From Leptonemataceae bacterium (GTDB lineage Bacteria > Spirochaetota > Leptospiria > Leptospirales > Leptonemataceae): DNA of 64,000 bases. Of the stretch, positions 52,096 through 61,798 are shown piece after piece. The stretch's first letter is position 1, and each line of letters begins with the position of its first letter. A model generated the notes under the pieces. It searched no databases. It was given only the letters and a program-made list of their open reading frames with translations, and was not told where the DNA came from. Made by a program: the position numbers and the translations under genes. The stretch is taken from NCBI GenBank assembly GCA_965227295.1, contig OZ245742.1:1824001-1888000 (forward strand), read 5' to 3'.

Positions 52096-52836
52096 TTATA
52101 ATAAATCTAAATTAATATAATCATCAGTTTGTATGCGGCGCACGATCTCGCGTACGGCGGAGCGCACGTTTTTCAGGCGAACGATATCCTGACGTACTTC
52201 GATTTCCAGGCCGGCATATTCCCGCTCCGGGAAGCTTTTGCGCAGAGCCGTGGTGTGACCGTCGGAGATTCCGCGATACGGTTGGTTGCGATGCACGGCT
52301 ACCGATTGGCCGTGCACGGTCGGGAGGACGGCCTGGAGGTCCCGAATGAACGCATCGGCGAAGGGTCGTTCGCTGCGGCGGGAGGGATCGTAGAGAATAC
52401 CGATGCCGGTCTTGCGAATGAGCGCGGACTCGTTCTGTCCGAGGACCGGAGTGAACGTATGAATGCTTAAGTGCAGGACGAAGGTTCCCGTTTGTGTTAA
52501 GTCGTGGATCGCCTCGCGCACCCGGCTGCGAAACGGCTCATAGTAGTTACGCAAGAGGGCGTCGCGCTCTTCTTGCGGGAGCAGCCGCGAGAACTCCGAA
52601 AAGAGCCGACGATGATGCACGGAACGGTTCAGGTCGATGAGCAGGCGACTCATTTCGCCGGCGGCGGCAAAGTCCGCGCGGTCTTTCAATTCTGCGAAAA
52701 GCTTTCGCGCTCCCGGATCGTAGCCGCGATGACCCTGCAGGGCCTGGTGGGCCTCGGGACTCAGGAAATACGGTCGATACGCGGGCGGAACAAAGTTCAC
52801 CGCGTGTTCGCAGGTGAGAACGAGTCGGATTTGCAT
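52096..52836 (-). CDS. N-formylglutamate amidohydrolase family
   Basis: LTCEHA, YDPGA, SRLLIDLNR, SIHTFTP, NQPY, EIEVRQD. Confidence 0.9.
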   Translation of the reverse strand: MQIRLVLTCEHAVNFVPPAYRPYFLSPEAHQALQGHRGYDPGARKLFAELKDRADFAAAGEMSRLLIDLNRSVHHRRLFSEFSRLLPQEERDALLRNYYEPFRSRVREAIHDLTQTGTFVLHLSIHTFTPVLGQNESALIRKTGIGILYDPSRRSERPFADAFIRDLQAVLPTVHGQSVAVHRNQPYRGISDGHTTALRKSFPEREYAGLEIEVRQDIVRLKNVRSAVREIVRRIQTDDYINLDLL

Positions 52837-52840
52837 GATC

Positions 52841-54106
52841 TTACAACGCGAGGCCGTTGCGGCTCAGACAGTCGGCGAGGCCCTGGTAGACGGTGAGCAG
52901 GGCCAGGTGGTCCCGGCCGAGTAAAAAGCGTTCGCGGATGTACTCCGCGAGACTGCCCCGGTGGAGGACGGCGCGCAGAATGTTTCGTGTGTCGTCGGAA
53001 AGATCGTCGGCGACGTCCGTAAAGAGCCGCCGCCAGACGTCGTTCATGGTGGGCACAGCGCCGCCGGGCCCTGTCAAATCACTAATATTAATTCCAAATA
53101 AGTTAAGATAGTTACCGTACAGCTCTATTTCCCTGAGAACCGCGCGGTCCGCGCGGCGTACGCAACGCCGGTAGATTCGGTACAGGTCGCCGGTATCCAC
53201 CGCGCACTGCTCCGCGTACGAAACCAGGCGTTCGTCCACGAGTCGCCGGAGCAGGGCGACGACGATTTCGGCGCAGGCCAGGTCGGCGGCCGGGCATTCC
53301 TGCAAATCCATGATGCGAATTTCGATCGCGCCCCGGTCGAAGCGGGCGATGGCGCCGCGGGAGTTCAACCAGTACGGTTCGAAGATGCCGTCCGGATCGT
53401 GGGGTTTTACGGCGGCCATCATGGGTGCGAAGATCCGGCTTTCGTAAGCGGCTTCGTCAAAGACGGCCTCGGGGATCACCTGTCCGGCGATTTCCGGGAT
53501 GCGCTGTTGGTTCTTTTCGTAGACGGCCAGGCGCGTATCCAGTTCGCCGGTGAGATGATCTTCGAGAATGGGTGTGCTCGCACAGAGCGCCGGCAGCAGC
53601 GGCAGGACGATGCGTACGGCGGCGTGCAGGCGGCCGAACTCCTCGTCGTTCGCGAACGGCAGGTTAATGTGCATTGACTGTAAGTTACGCCAGCCGTGCC
53701 CGCGACTGTCGAAGATGCGGTCGTAGAGTCGGTAGATTTCACTGTTTTCGTGGGGCCAGAGTTCCGATTCGTGCGGACGCAGGAACGGATGGGCGCCGGT
53801 GCCGAGCAAGCGCGCGTTATGAGCCGCGAGGCCGCGATTGGCCTCGCTAACGCTTTCGTGAAAAGACGCCGCGAGGCCGGCGAGCGTCCGTGCCGGGCCG
53901 TCGGTCTTGAACTCGACGACGTGATTCACCAGTTCGTTGGACCAGGCGATGCCGCGTCCGGCGACGTACTCGCCGCAACCGGCCTTGCCGCTGACGTCCT
54001 GGAAGAGTTGATCGCAAATGGGCGCCACGGTGAGGTCGTCGCGGTGGACGATCATATACTCCAGTTCTATGCCGTAAGCTTCGAATAAATGTAACTTAGC
54101 GCTCAC
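52841..54106 (-). CDS. glutamate--cysteine ligase family 2 (GCS2) carboxylate-amine ligase
   Basis: GIELEYMIV, NELVNHVVEFKT, GAHP, SMHINLP, IEIRIMD. Confidence 0.9.
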   Translation of the reverse strand: MSAKLHLFEAYGIELEYMIVHRDDLTVAPICDQLFQDVSGKAGCGEYVAGRGIAWSNELVNHVVEFKTDGPARTLAGLAASFHESVSEANRGLAAHNARLLGTGAHPFLRPHESELWPHENSEIYRLYDRIFDSRGHGWRNLQSMHINLPFANDEEFGRLHAAVRIVLPLLPALCASTPILEDHLTGELDTRLAVYEKNQQRIPEIAGQVIPEAVFDEAAYESRIFAPMMAAVKPHDPDGIFEPYWLNSRGAIARFDRGAIEIRIMDLQECPAADLACAEIVVALLRRLVDERLVSYAEQCAVDTGDLYRIYRRCVRRADRAVLREIELYGNYLNLFGINISDLTGPGGAVPTMNDVWRRLFTDVADDLSDDTRNILRAVLHRGSLAEYIRERFLLGRDHLALLTVYQGLADCLSRNGLAL

Positions 54107-55635
54107 GTGCGATCCTGTTTGCCCGGGGCCGCCCGGCGTTGCTCCAGGCGTTTGCGAAACGTCATCATGATCGTTCGATAGAGTTCGTCGCCGAGGACGC
54201 CGTCTTCCACCCCGCGTTCAATGCTGGGATTGTCGTTGACCTCGATGACCGCGGCGGTTCCGTCGGCGAGTTCTTTGAGATCCACGCCGTAGAAACCGTC
54301 ACCGATCAGAGCCGCCGCGCGCAGGGCCGTGCTGATGACGTTCTCCGGGGTTTCACTTACGGGCACGCTGTCGAACTCGCCTTCGAAATCCCCGGCGGTG
54401 CGTTTGTTCTGTCGCGCGTCCCAGTTGTAGATCTGCCAGTGCCCGCGGGCCATGTAGTAGCGACACGCGTACAGCGGCGCGCCGTCAATGAGGCCGATGC
54501 GCCAGTCGTAGTCGGTGGGCAGGAACTCCTGGGCGATGATCAAATCCGAAAGGCCCAGCATGCGATCGAGCTTCGCGCGGAGTTCCTCCGGGTTCGCGGC
54601 CTTCTCGACGCCCTGGGAAAACGACGAGTCCGGTAGCTTTAACACGCAGGGCAGGCCCAGTTCCGCTTCCACGCGTTCGCGGTTTTCGGTGTGTACGATC
54701 ATGGTACGCGGCGTGCGGATTTTCGCACGACCTAAGAGTTCGGCGAGATACACCTTGTTCGTGCAACGTAAGATCGAGTCCGGGTCGTCGATGACGATGA
54801 GTCCGTCCGCCGCGGCCTTGCGGGCGATTCGGTAGGTGTGGTGATTGACCGCCGTGGTTTCGCGAATGAACAGCGCGTCGAACTCGCCGATGCGCCCGGC
54901 GTCGGTGCGCGTTAACATTTCCGTACTGAAACCTAACGATTGGGCGGCCTCGACGAATTTCGCGATGGCCCGTTTGTCCGAGGGCGGCGCCGCTTCCTCG
55001 GGGTTCGTGAGGATGGCGAGATCGTAGACGAAGGGGTCTTTCTTTACGCCGGGGAAACGCTTGCGGGCGAAGACTTCCCGCGCCGCGCTGCGCAGCACCT
55101 CGCGATCGCCGACGTCCTCCGGAATTTCTTTCAGGCCCAGAAAACGTACGCTGTGGACGGTCCAGACGTTCTGTTTGTTGAGCACGAAGCGCGCGCGCAG
55201 ATACGGTGCGCGAAACAGTTCGTAGAGTTGCCGGCTGAGTTTCGCCAGCTCCGGCACCACCGAGCGGCCGAAGTAGATGTTCGATTCGAAGAATGGTTCG
55301 CTGCCGCTGATGCGGCGGAGCGTGCGTTGCACGAGATCGTCGAGTTCGTCGCTGACCACGCGAACGATGGAGCGGTCGCGGAGATCCTGGATGGTCATTA
55401 CCGTGGGCATCACGCGATGTTGCCGTGCCTCGGCCAGGAGCGATACGTAATATCCGCGCGTCTGATATTTGTACTCGCGGCAGAGATTGTAGACGTGCGC
55501 GTTCTTGATCGCGGCGAAGGACGGGTCCGTGAGATACTCCTGAGCGGTGACGATGCGCAGGGCGCCGTCGTCCTCGATGAAGTCGGCGACGAGTTTGCGG
55601 TCCGCGGGATGAGTGAGGACGACGATTTTTTCCAT
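54103..55635 (-). CDS. RimK-family ATP-grasp ligase with N-terminal RLAN domain
   Basis: N-terminal NLCREYKY..GYYVSLLAEAR; CTNKVYL, LKLPDSSFSQGV, QEFLP, GVDLK, EVNDNP. Confidence 0.9.
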   Translation of the reverse strand: MEKIVVLTHPADRKLVADFIEDDGALRIVTAQEYLTDPSFAAIKNAHVYNLCREYKYQTRGYYVSLLAEARQHRVMPTVMTIQDLRDRSIVRVVSDELDDLVQRTLRRISGSEPFFESNIYFGRSVVPELAKLSRQLYELFRAPYLRARFVLNKQNVWTVHSVRFLGLKEIPEDVGDREVLRSAAREVFARKRFPGVKKDPFVYDLAILTNPEEAAPPSDKRAIAKFVEAAQSLGFSTEMLTRTDAGRIGEFDALFIRETTAVNHHTYRIARKAAADGLIVIDDPDSILRCTNKVYLAELLGRAKIRTPRTMIVHTENRERVEAELGLPCVLKLPDSSFSQGVEKAANPEELRAKLDRMLGLSDLIIAQEFLPTDYDWRIGLIDGAPLYACRYYMARGHWQIYNWDARQNKRTAGDFEGEFDSVPVSETPENVISTALRAAALIGDGFYGVDLKELADGTAAVIEVNDNPSIERGVEDGVLGDELYRTIMMTFRKRLEQRRAAPGKQDRT

Positions 55636-55647
55636 GAGCGGGAGCGA

Positions 55648-56355
55648 TTAATATGGCTCGATTACGAGCAGGTTCGAGTCGTAGGTGAGTACGCCGAGGA
55701 GAACGGAGTGGATCAACCGGCCGGCATCCACCCGATAAAAATGATCACTGGAAATGGGATTCTCTTTGTACGGATCCGCGACCAGTACCTCGGAACTCTG
55801 CGCATCGTAGCCGCACAGCACGACGAAGTGGCCGGTGGGATCGCCGCGCACGTCGTCGTAGATCGCGCGATTGTCTTCGTCGGTAAACTCGCGTTTGCTG
55901 TTGTAGAGATACGTAACACTCAGGCCCGTGATGACGGGACGATTATCGTGCAGCAACTCGTGGAGCAACTCCGGTTGTAGAATGGGAAAGAGTTCGAGGC
56001 GCCCGCCGAGCTCCAGGAAACGCACGTAGGCCCGGGTGGCCTCGTGCAGCTTGCGTCCGGGTTTGTGCCGTAGCTGCTCGCGTAGTTTTTCGATGAGGGC
56101 CTCGGAGTCCAGTCCGGCCCAGGTGGGATCGAAGATGCGCAGGTTGTACGTAACAATTTTTGCCTGGAAGTTACGCTGAAGTGCGTCGATGCCCAGCAGC
56201 ACCGCCAGGGTGCCGCCGTCTTCGAGGTACCGGACCTGTTGGATGAGGTCGAGGAGCTCGATGTCGAGGCCGTAGTACCGGTATACGGCTTCGAGGGAGG
56301 TGGGCCCGCAGGTAACGTCGTCGGGTTGGGGTAAGATCCGTATGTTCGCGTTCAC
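55648..56355 (-). CDS. peptidase C39-like family protein
   Basis: QPDDVTCGPTSL (Q..C), GHFVV, ADP catalytic pattern. GTG start. Confidence 0.87.
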   Translation of the reverse strand: MNANIRILPQPDDVTCGPTSLEAVYRYYGLDIELLDLIQQVRYLEDGGTLAVLLGIDALQRNFQAKIVTYNLRIFDPTWAGLDSEALIEKLREQLRHKPGRKLHEATRAYVRFLELGGRLELFPILQPELLHELLHDNRPVITGLSVTYLYNSKREFTDEDNRAIYDDVRGDPTGHFVVLCGYDAQSSEVLVADPYKENPISSDHFYRVDAGRLIHSVLLGVLTYDSNLLVIEPY

Positions 56356-56442
56356 GCTTTGCTGCGGAATAAGCTAATGCCGGTCGAAAAGGCAAGCATT
56401 ATTCTCCTTGACCGGACCTCGCGACGCGTTTTTTTATAGTCT

Positions 56443-56949
56443 GTGATTCTCCGGCGAGCAACAGCCACGTTTTTGCTTGCGTACTTTGCGTGGGCTGCCT
56501 TTGGTTCGGTCTTTGCCGGTGAGCATGTCCATCACGACGCCTCCGGCAGGACCGTTCACCGTCACGAGGAGAACACGCATCCGGGTGACTCGCACCAGCA
56601 TTCCGACGGTGCCGACCATACGCACCGCCACCATCATCATAAGAAGAAAGCTACCGGTTCCGCCGCCGCTCCACGAGTCGGCGGGGAAGTATCTCGCCCG
56701 CAGGCCCTTTCCCACGACGCGGCGTCGCTGCTTTCATCATTGCTGTCCGGTCTCTCCATCGAACGCAGTGTCACTGTGCCGGCACCCGTGCAGGCGTTCC
56801 TCGCGCCGCCCGTCCATCGTGGCCGGGCTCGTGCGGCGAAACCGGTCGGTTTCGTGCACATTCGCGAAGGGCCGTGCATAGCAACCCCGTCCGCTTTTCT
56901 CAAAGTTCAGCATCCTCGCCCCCCCGCCCATCCTCTAACATTAACGTAA
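56443..56949 (+). CDS. His-rich secreted hypothetical protein (possibly decaying)
   Basis: Signal-like N-terminus, then HVHH...HRH...HQH...HTHRHHHH; precedes the metal-efflux remnants. Confidence 0.55.
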   Translation: MILRRATATFLLAYFAWAAFGSVFAGEHVHHDASGRTVHRHEENTHPGDSHQHSDGADHTHRHHHHKKKATGSAAAPRVGGEVSRPQALSHDAASLLSSLLSGLSIERSVTVPAPVQAFLAPPVHRGRARAAKPVGFVHIREGPCIATPSAFLKVQHPRPPAHPLTLT

Positions 56950-56986
56950 CGTAAGTTACTCAACGAAGCGTTGGCGCGCGTACAGC

Positions 56987-58690
56987 GTGCTCGACAGACT
57001 CATTCGTTTATCGCTCGCACGGCGTGGTGTCGTGCTCGGCGCCCCCGGAGTCACCGGCGTGCGGAGTTCTTCGAAGCGCGGCATCGCTCTGGTGCGCGCG
57101 GACTTGCCGGATGATGTGCGCGCCCGCCTGGGACCGATCAGTTCGATCATGGGAGAAATTCTTTTGATCGGTCTGACGGCGGAAGACGATGCGACGTCGC
57201 TGCGGGACGTCCGCACGTTTGCGGGACGAATCGAACGAACCCTGGCCGATCTGCAACGGGAAGCCGGCGACGGCATTGACATTCACGGCGACCTTTTTCG
57301 CCAGGCGGCCTTCATTGAACGGGCGGTGGACAACGTGCTCGAAGCGGTGCGGGACGGATCCCTGATCGTCGCGATTGTGCTAATATTATTTCTATGGAAC
57401 TTACGGGCGGCCGCCATTACATTGCTCGCTCTGCCGTTGTCGCTTTTCGGCGGGATTGCGGCGCTGAGCGCGCTGGGCTTCGGTGTGAACACCATGACCC
57501 TGGGAGGCCTGGCGGTGGCCGTCGGGGAACTCGTGGACGATGCCGTCGTGGATGTGGAGAACTGTTTCGGGCGGTTGCGGGAGAACCGGCTGCTCGCCGA
57601 ACCCCGGCCGGCCCATCAGGTGATCTTTGAAGCTTCTTCCGAAATTCGCAACAGCATCGTGCTCGCGACAATCACCGTGATTTTAGTGTTCGTGCCGCTC
57701 TTTTTTCTCGGCGGAGTTGAAGGCCGGCTCTTCCAGCCCCTCGCCGTAGTAAGAGCATGATCGTGCGTTTGCTGAAGTCCGCGCAGGAACGTAACCTGAG
57801 ACGAATCATCCGGCGTCCCTGGCCGCCCGTAATTACTGCCGCGTTGTTGTTTATGGCAGCCCTCGCGGCAATTCCATTCCTCGGTCGTGCGTTCTTGCCT
57901 GCGTTCAACGAAGGCACGCTCACCATCGAGGTGCTGTCGAAGCCGGGCACCGCGCATCCCCGGTGTTGTCGACCTGCGTTCCGAACAGATGTCGCCGGCG
58001 CCGGAGTATAAGGTCGTTGTGAATCACGAGGCGGCGGGGCGTTACGGTCTGCCGGTGCCGGAACTCGTGCAGGGCCTCGAGGCCGCGCAGGGCGGGACGG
58101 TCGTCGGTCGTGTTCTGGAAGGCGATCGATTCGTGCCGGAACTTCTGCGTCTGGACGAACAGTCTCGGGCGCCCGAACGCCTGGCCCGGTTTACGCTGCG
58201 ACATCTGCCGGACGGCACGCCGATCCGTTTAAGTGACGTGGCCGATCTCTACGAAAGCGAGGGCCCGTACGAGATTCAACGAGAGGACGGAGAACGGCGC
58301 CTCGCGGTGGAACTCAACTCCGCCGCCCGGCGCATGTTCTGGCTGTCCCTCCTGGCAGTGCTCGGAATCAGCGCCGTCGTCTACGCTAACTTTCGGTCAA
58401 TAATTCTTACAGTGCAGATCCTCCTGAATCTGCCGTTCGCCTTGATCGGCGGGGTATTCGCGCTGCTCGTGACGGGCACGCCTCTGTCCGTGGCGAGCCT
58501 GGTGGGCTTCGTCGCTCTGGCCGGCATCGCCGCGCGGAACGGCATCCTGATGATTTCGCACTTTGAGCATCTTATGCGCGTCGAGGGTGAGCCCTTTTCC
58601 GTGGCCACCATCATCCGCGGCGCCCTGGAGCGACTCACACCGGTTCTCATGACGGCGGGCACGGCGATCCTGTTGCCCTGGGGGCGGAGT
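56987..58690 (+). pseudogene. CusA/CzcA-family RND permease pseudogene with multiple internal deletions
   Basis: Ordered fragments MLDRLIRLSL, PISSIMGEI, TLGGLAVAVGELVDDAVVDVEN, FLPAFNEG, GIAARNGI, ERLTPVLMTA across three frames in ~1.7 kb, against ~3.1 kb for an intact gene. Confidence 0.88.
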
Positions 58691-59226
58691 CCCCGCGCCC
58701 CCTGGACCTCGAAGCGTATCTCGAACGTGCGGTGCAACACGCGCCGGCCACACTTTCGTTCGAAGCCTACGGCGGTTACGGCCCCGACCGTGACGCCATC
58801 GATCCGAAGCGGCCGGAGCTGGGAGCCGGACTGCGCATTCGTTTTCCGTTGTATGCGTCCCGGGACCGCGAGGCGCAACTGGATGCCGGCCGCGGAAGAA
58901 TCGAAGCCCTGCGGTTCGAAGCGGAGCAGGAACTGCGCGAACTCCGCGTGGAACTGCACGAGCGGCACGCCGGCATCGAACGCGATCGTGTCATTGTGAA
59001 AGAACTGGAAGGCCTTATCGAAGCGGCCGGCCGCAGCCTGCGCCTGGGCTACTCGGAGTTTCGCCGCGGCCAAAAAGGCCCCGCGGACATGATCGATGCC
59101 GTGGAAACTCTGTTTGAACTGCGCCGGGAACGCCTGAACAAGCTGTTCCGCCTGCGGCTCGCCCTCTTCGAAGAGTATTCGCTCTTAATGTTAAGCAAAC
59201 AAAAATTAAAGGAGAATGAACCATGA
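58690..59226 (+). pseudogene. TolC-family outer-membrane factor fragment (C-terminal part)
   Basis: GAGLRIRFPLY strand, coiled coils, EFRRGQK...DMIDA; no signal peptide or N-terminal half. Confidence 0.65.
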
Positions 59227-59487
59227 ATCGAACTGCAAACTTTTACGCCCCGGGACTGGCCGTGCTGTTCATTGGGATAACGGCTCTCGGTGCCCACGAC
59301 GAAGGCCACGAGGTGCCGGATCAACTGCCGCCCATCGGCCCCCACGGCGGCAAGTACGGCAAGATGGAGCGTCACTTCGCCGAGATTACGGTGCAGGGCG
59401 ACACCGTGACGGTTTATATTCTGGAGCCGGACGTGAAACACGTTGCCGAAGACGCCACGGGCGTTACCGCGGCGTTGAGCCGCCGGT
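59223..59487 (+). pseudogene. truncated periplasmic metal-binding-type protein
   Basis: GGAGAA RBS, signal peptide, HDEGH and GPHGG; runs into the convergent mscS gene. Confidence 0.55.
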
Positions 59488-60315
59488 TCACTGCGATCCG
59501 ATCATATGAACGTCCATCTGCGGAAACGGAATGGAGATGCCGGCGCGATCAAAAGCGGGTTTTACGCGATCGCGCAGATCCCGGCGAACGTCCAGGAAGT
59601 CCGGCGTGCGCACCCAGGGGCGAATGATCAGGTTTACGCTGCTATCCGCGAGGGCGTCGACGGAAATGATCGGCTCCGGATCGTCGAGGATGCGTTCGTC
59701 GGCGGCCAGCATTTCCGCGAGCACGGCCTTCGCTTTTTCGATGTCGTCGTTGTAACTGATGCCGAAGACGAGGTCGATGCGCCGCGTATCCCGGGCGGTG
59801 TGGTTGACGATGAGCCCGGAGTACACGTCGCCGTTTTGTACGATCATGACGCGGTTGTCCCGGCTGCGCAGGACCGTACTGAAAATGGAAATCTTTTCAA
59901 CGATGCCCTCGGTGCCCGCGGCTTCGATGTAGTCGCCGCTGCGAAAGGGCTGGAAGACAATCAGCAGAATGCCCGCCGCGAAGTTTCTCAGAAAACCCTG
60001 GAGCGCGAGGCCGATGGCGAGGCCGGCCGCGCCCAGCACCGCCACGAGAGACGTGGTTTCCACGCCGAGTCTTCCCAGGGCCGCAATGACCACGATCGCG
60101 AGCAACGAGATGCGCACCACCGATCGCAGAAAGTTCTTTTGCGCGTCGTCAAGAGATGTACGCCGCAACGTCCGGCCGAAGATTGCGACCAGTACGCGGG
60201 TTACGACATAACCCAGCAGTAGAATGAGCAGGGCGATGAGGACGTCTACGGTCCCCGGGAGGATATGTTCCTCGAAGAATGTATGCCAATCGAGAGATTC
60301 GAGCCAGCTGATCAT
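59488..60315 (-). CDS. mscS: small-conductance mechanosensitive channel
   Basis: LGAAGLAIGLALQG, PFRSGD, GISYNDD, ISIPFPQ. Confidence 0.93.
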   Translation of the reverse strand: MISWLESLDWHTFFEEHILPGTVDVLIALLILLLGYVVTRVLVAIFGRTLRRTSLDDAQKNFLRSVVRISLLAIVVIAALGRLGVETTSLVAVLGAAGLAIGLALQGFLRNFAAGILLIVFQPFRSGDYIEAAGTEGIVEKISIFSTVLRSRDNRVMIVQNGDVYSGLIVNHTARDTRRIDLVFGISYNDDIEKAKAVLAEMLAADERILDDPEPIISVDALADSSVNLIIRPWVRTPDFLDVRRDLRDRVKPAFDRAGISIPFPQMDVHMIGSQ

Positions 60316-60350
60316 ACCATAAACGTAAGCACACGGCTCGCGTTCGTCAT

Positions 60351-61376
60351 TTATGAAAGATAGTCCAACTCGTCGAGTTCTTCGTACTCTTCGAGCTGAT
60401 CGTGGACGACGCCGGGATCGTGAAAAGTCGCCACATGAAACAGGGCGTCGCCGCGGTTTACGAGAGGCATGCGCAACTGGCCGACAATGATGCCGGTCTC
60501 CTGGACCGTTACGGTTCGTTCGCGTTCGCCGAGGGGACCGGAGATGGTCGCCAGGGGCTGGCCCTCTTTCACCAGGTCCCCGGGGTACTTCAGAGCCCGA
60601 AAGATGCCCGAGCGGTTCGCCCGGATCCAGTAGGAGCCCAGGGCGATGTAGGCCTCCTGCTGCTTAACTTTAGCTTCGCGAGCCTTAGTGGGCAGCATGC
60701 CGATGTAGCGCATTACGGACATGACGCCCCGCAAGCCGGTGCGCACCGCGTTGCCGTCGAAACGCAACGCCTCGCCGCCCTCGTAGAGTAAGATCGGCAG
60801 GCCGCGTTCCACGGCCGCCTGGCGCAGCGAACCGTCGCGCGTCGCCGAATTCAAAATTACGGGCACGCCGAAGGCCTCGGCCATGCGTTTGGTTTCGTCG
60901 TGATCCAGGCAGGCGCGAATCTGCGGCAGGTTCGTACGGTGCACGGCGCCGGTGTGCAGATCGATGCCGTGGGTGGAGCGTTCGACGATGTCGCGCATGA
61001 ATACGTGGGCGACCTGGGCCGCCAGGGAACCCTGCTTCGAACCGGGGAACGATCGGTTGAGATCCCGACGATCGGGGAGGTAGCGCGAACGATTGTTGAA
61101 GCCGTAGACGTTGACGATGGGGATTGCGAGCAAGGTTCCGCGCAGGCGCCGCAGACTTTTTTGCGCGAGCAGGCGATGAATGATTTCCACGCCGTTGATT
61201 TCGTCGCCGTGGATGGCCGCGGATACGAAGAGTACCGGCCCGGCCTGCCGGCCGTGAACCACGTGCACCGGGATCGACATTTCCGTATGATCGTACAGGC
61301 GGGCCACGCGCAGGCTTACCGTGCGGCGCTCGCCGGCCTGGATGCTGATGTCTCGAAGAACGAAGGGTTCCTGCAT
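60351..61376 (-). CDS. succinylglutamate desuccinylase/aspartoacylase (M14-like) family
   Basis: AAIHGDEING, RDLNRSFPG, IDLHTG, YEGGE. ATG 61376. Confidence 0.92.
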   Translation of the reverse strand: MQEPFVLRDISIQAGERRTVSLRVARLYDHTEMSIPVHVVHGRQAGPVLFVSAAIHGDEINGVEIIHRLLAQKSLRRLRGTLLAIPIVNVYGFNNRSRYLPDRRDLNRSFPGSKQGSLAAQVAHVFMRDIVERSTHGIDLHTGAVHRTNLPQIRACLDHDETKRMAEAFGVPVILNSATRDGSLRQAAVERGLPILLYEGGEALRFDGNAVRTGLRGVMSVMRYIGMLPTKAREAKVKQQEAYIALGSYWIRANRSGIFRALKYPGDLVKEGQPLATISGPLGERERTVTVQETGIIVGQLRMPLVNRGDALFHVATFHDPGVVHDQLEEYEELDELDYLS

Positions 61377-61498
61377 TCGCTGGTACGAACATAACACTCG
61401 CCATCCGCCCGGCGAGCAGAATTTGGATTGCCGCGGTTTGCCCGCGGCGGGAACTGATCCAACTTTATGGGAGTTGCGGGCTATGCCCGCGTACGTGT

Positions 61499-61738
61499 AT
61501 GCGTAACATCTTGATGATCCTCATGGCGTTTCTTGTAAGCGCTTCTTTCTCCATCGGAGCGGCTCCGGCCGATTCCGGTTCCGTTCGTTTGGTCGGTCAG
61601 GACGACATGGAAGACTATGACGACGGTCAGGATCCTGACGACGGTGGTACCGATGACGGCAGCGCCGAAGAAGGCGACGAAGAATATCCCGAGGACGGCG
61701 ATTCCGGAGACTATCCGGAAGACGACGGTGACTATTGA
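61499..61738 (+). CDS. small secreted, extremely acidic peptide
   Basis: Classic signal peptide followed by a D/E/G/Y-rich tail with a YPED repeat. Confidence 0.7.
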   Translation: MRNILMILMAFLVSASFSIGAAPADSGSVRLVGQDDMEDYDDGQDPDDGGTDDGSAEEGDEEYPEDGDSGDYPEDDGDY

Positions 61739-61798
61739 TCCGGTCCCTGGATCATAAAAAAAACTTTCAATACAAAACGCGGCGGGACTCCTTGTTCC

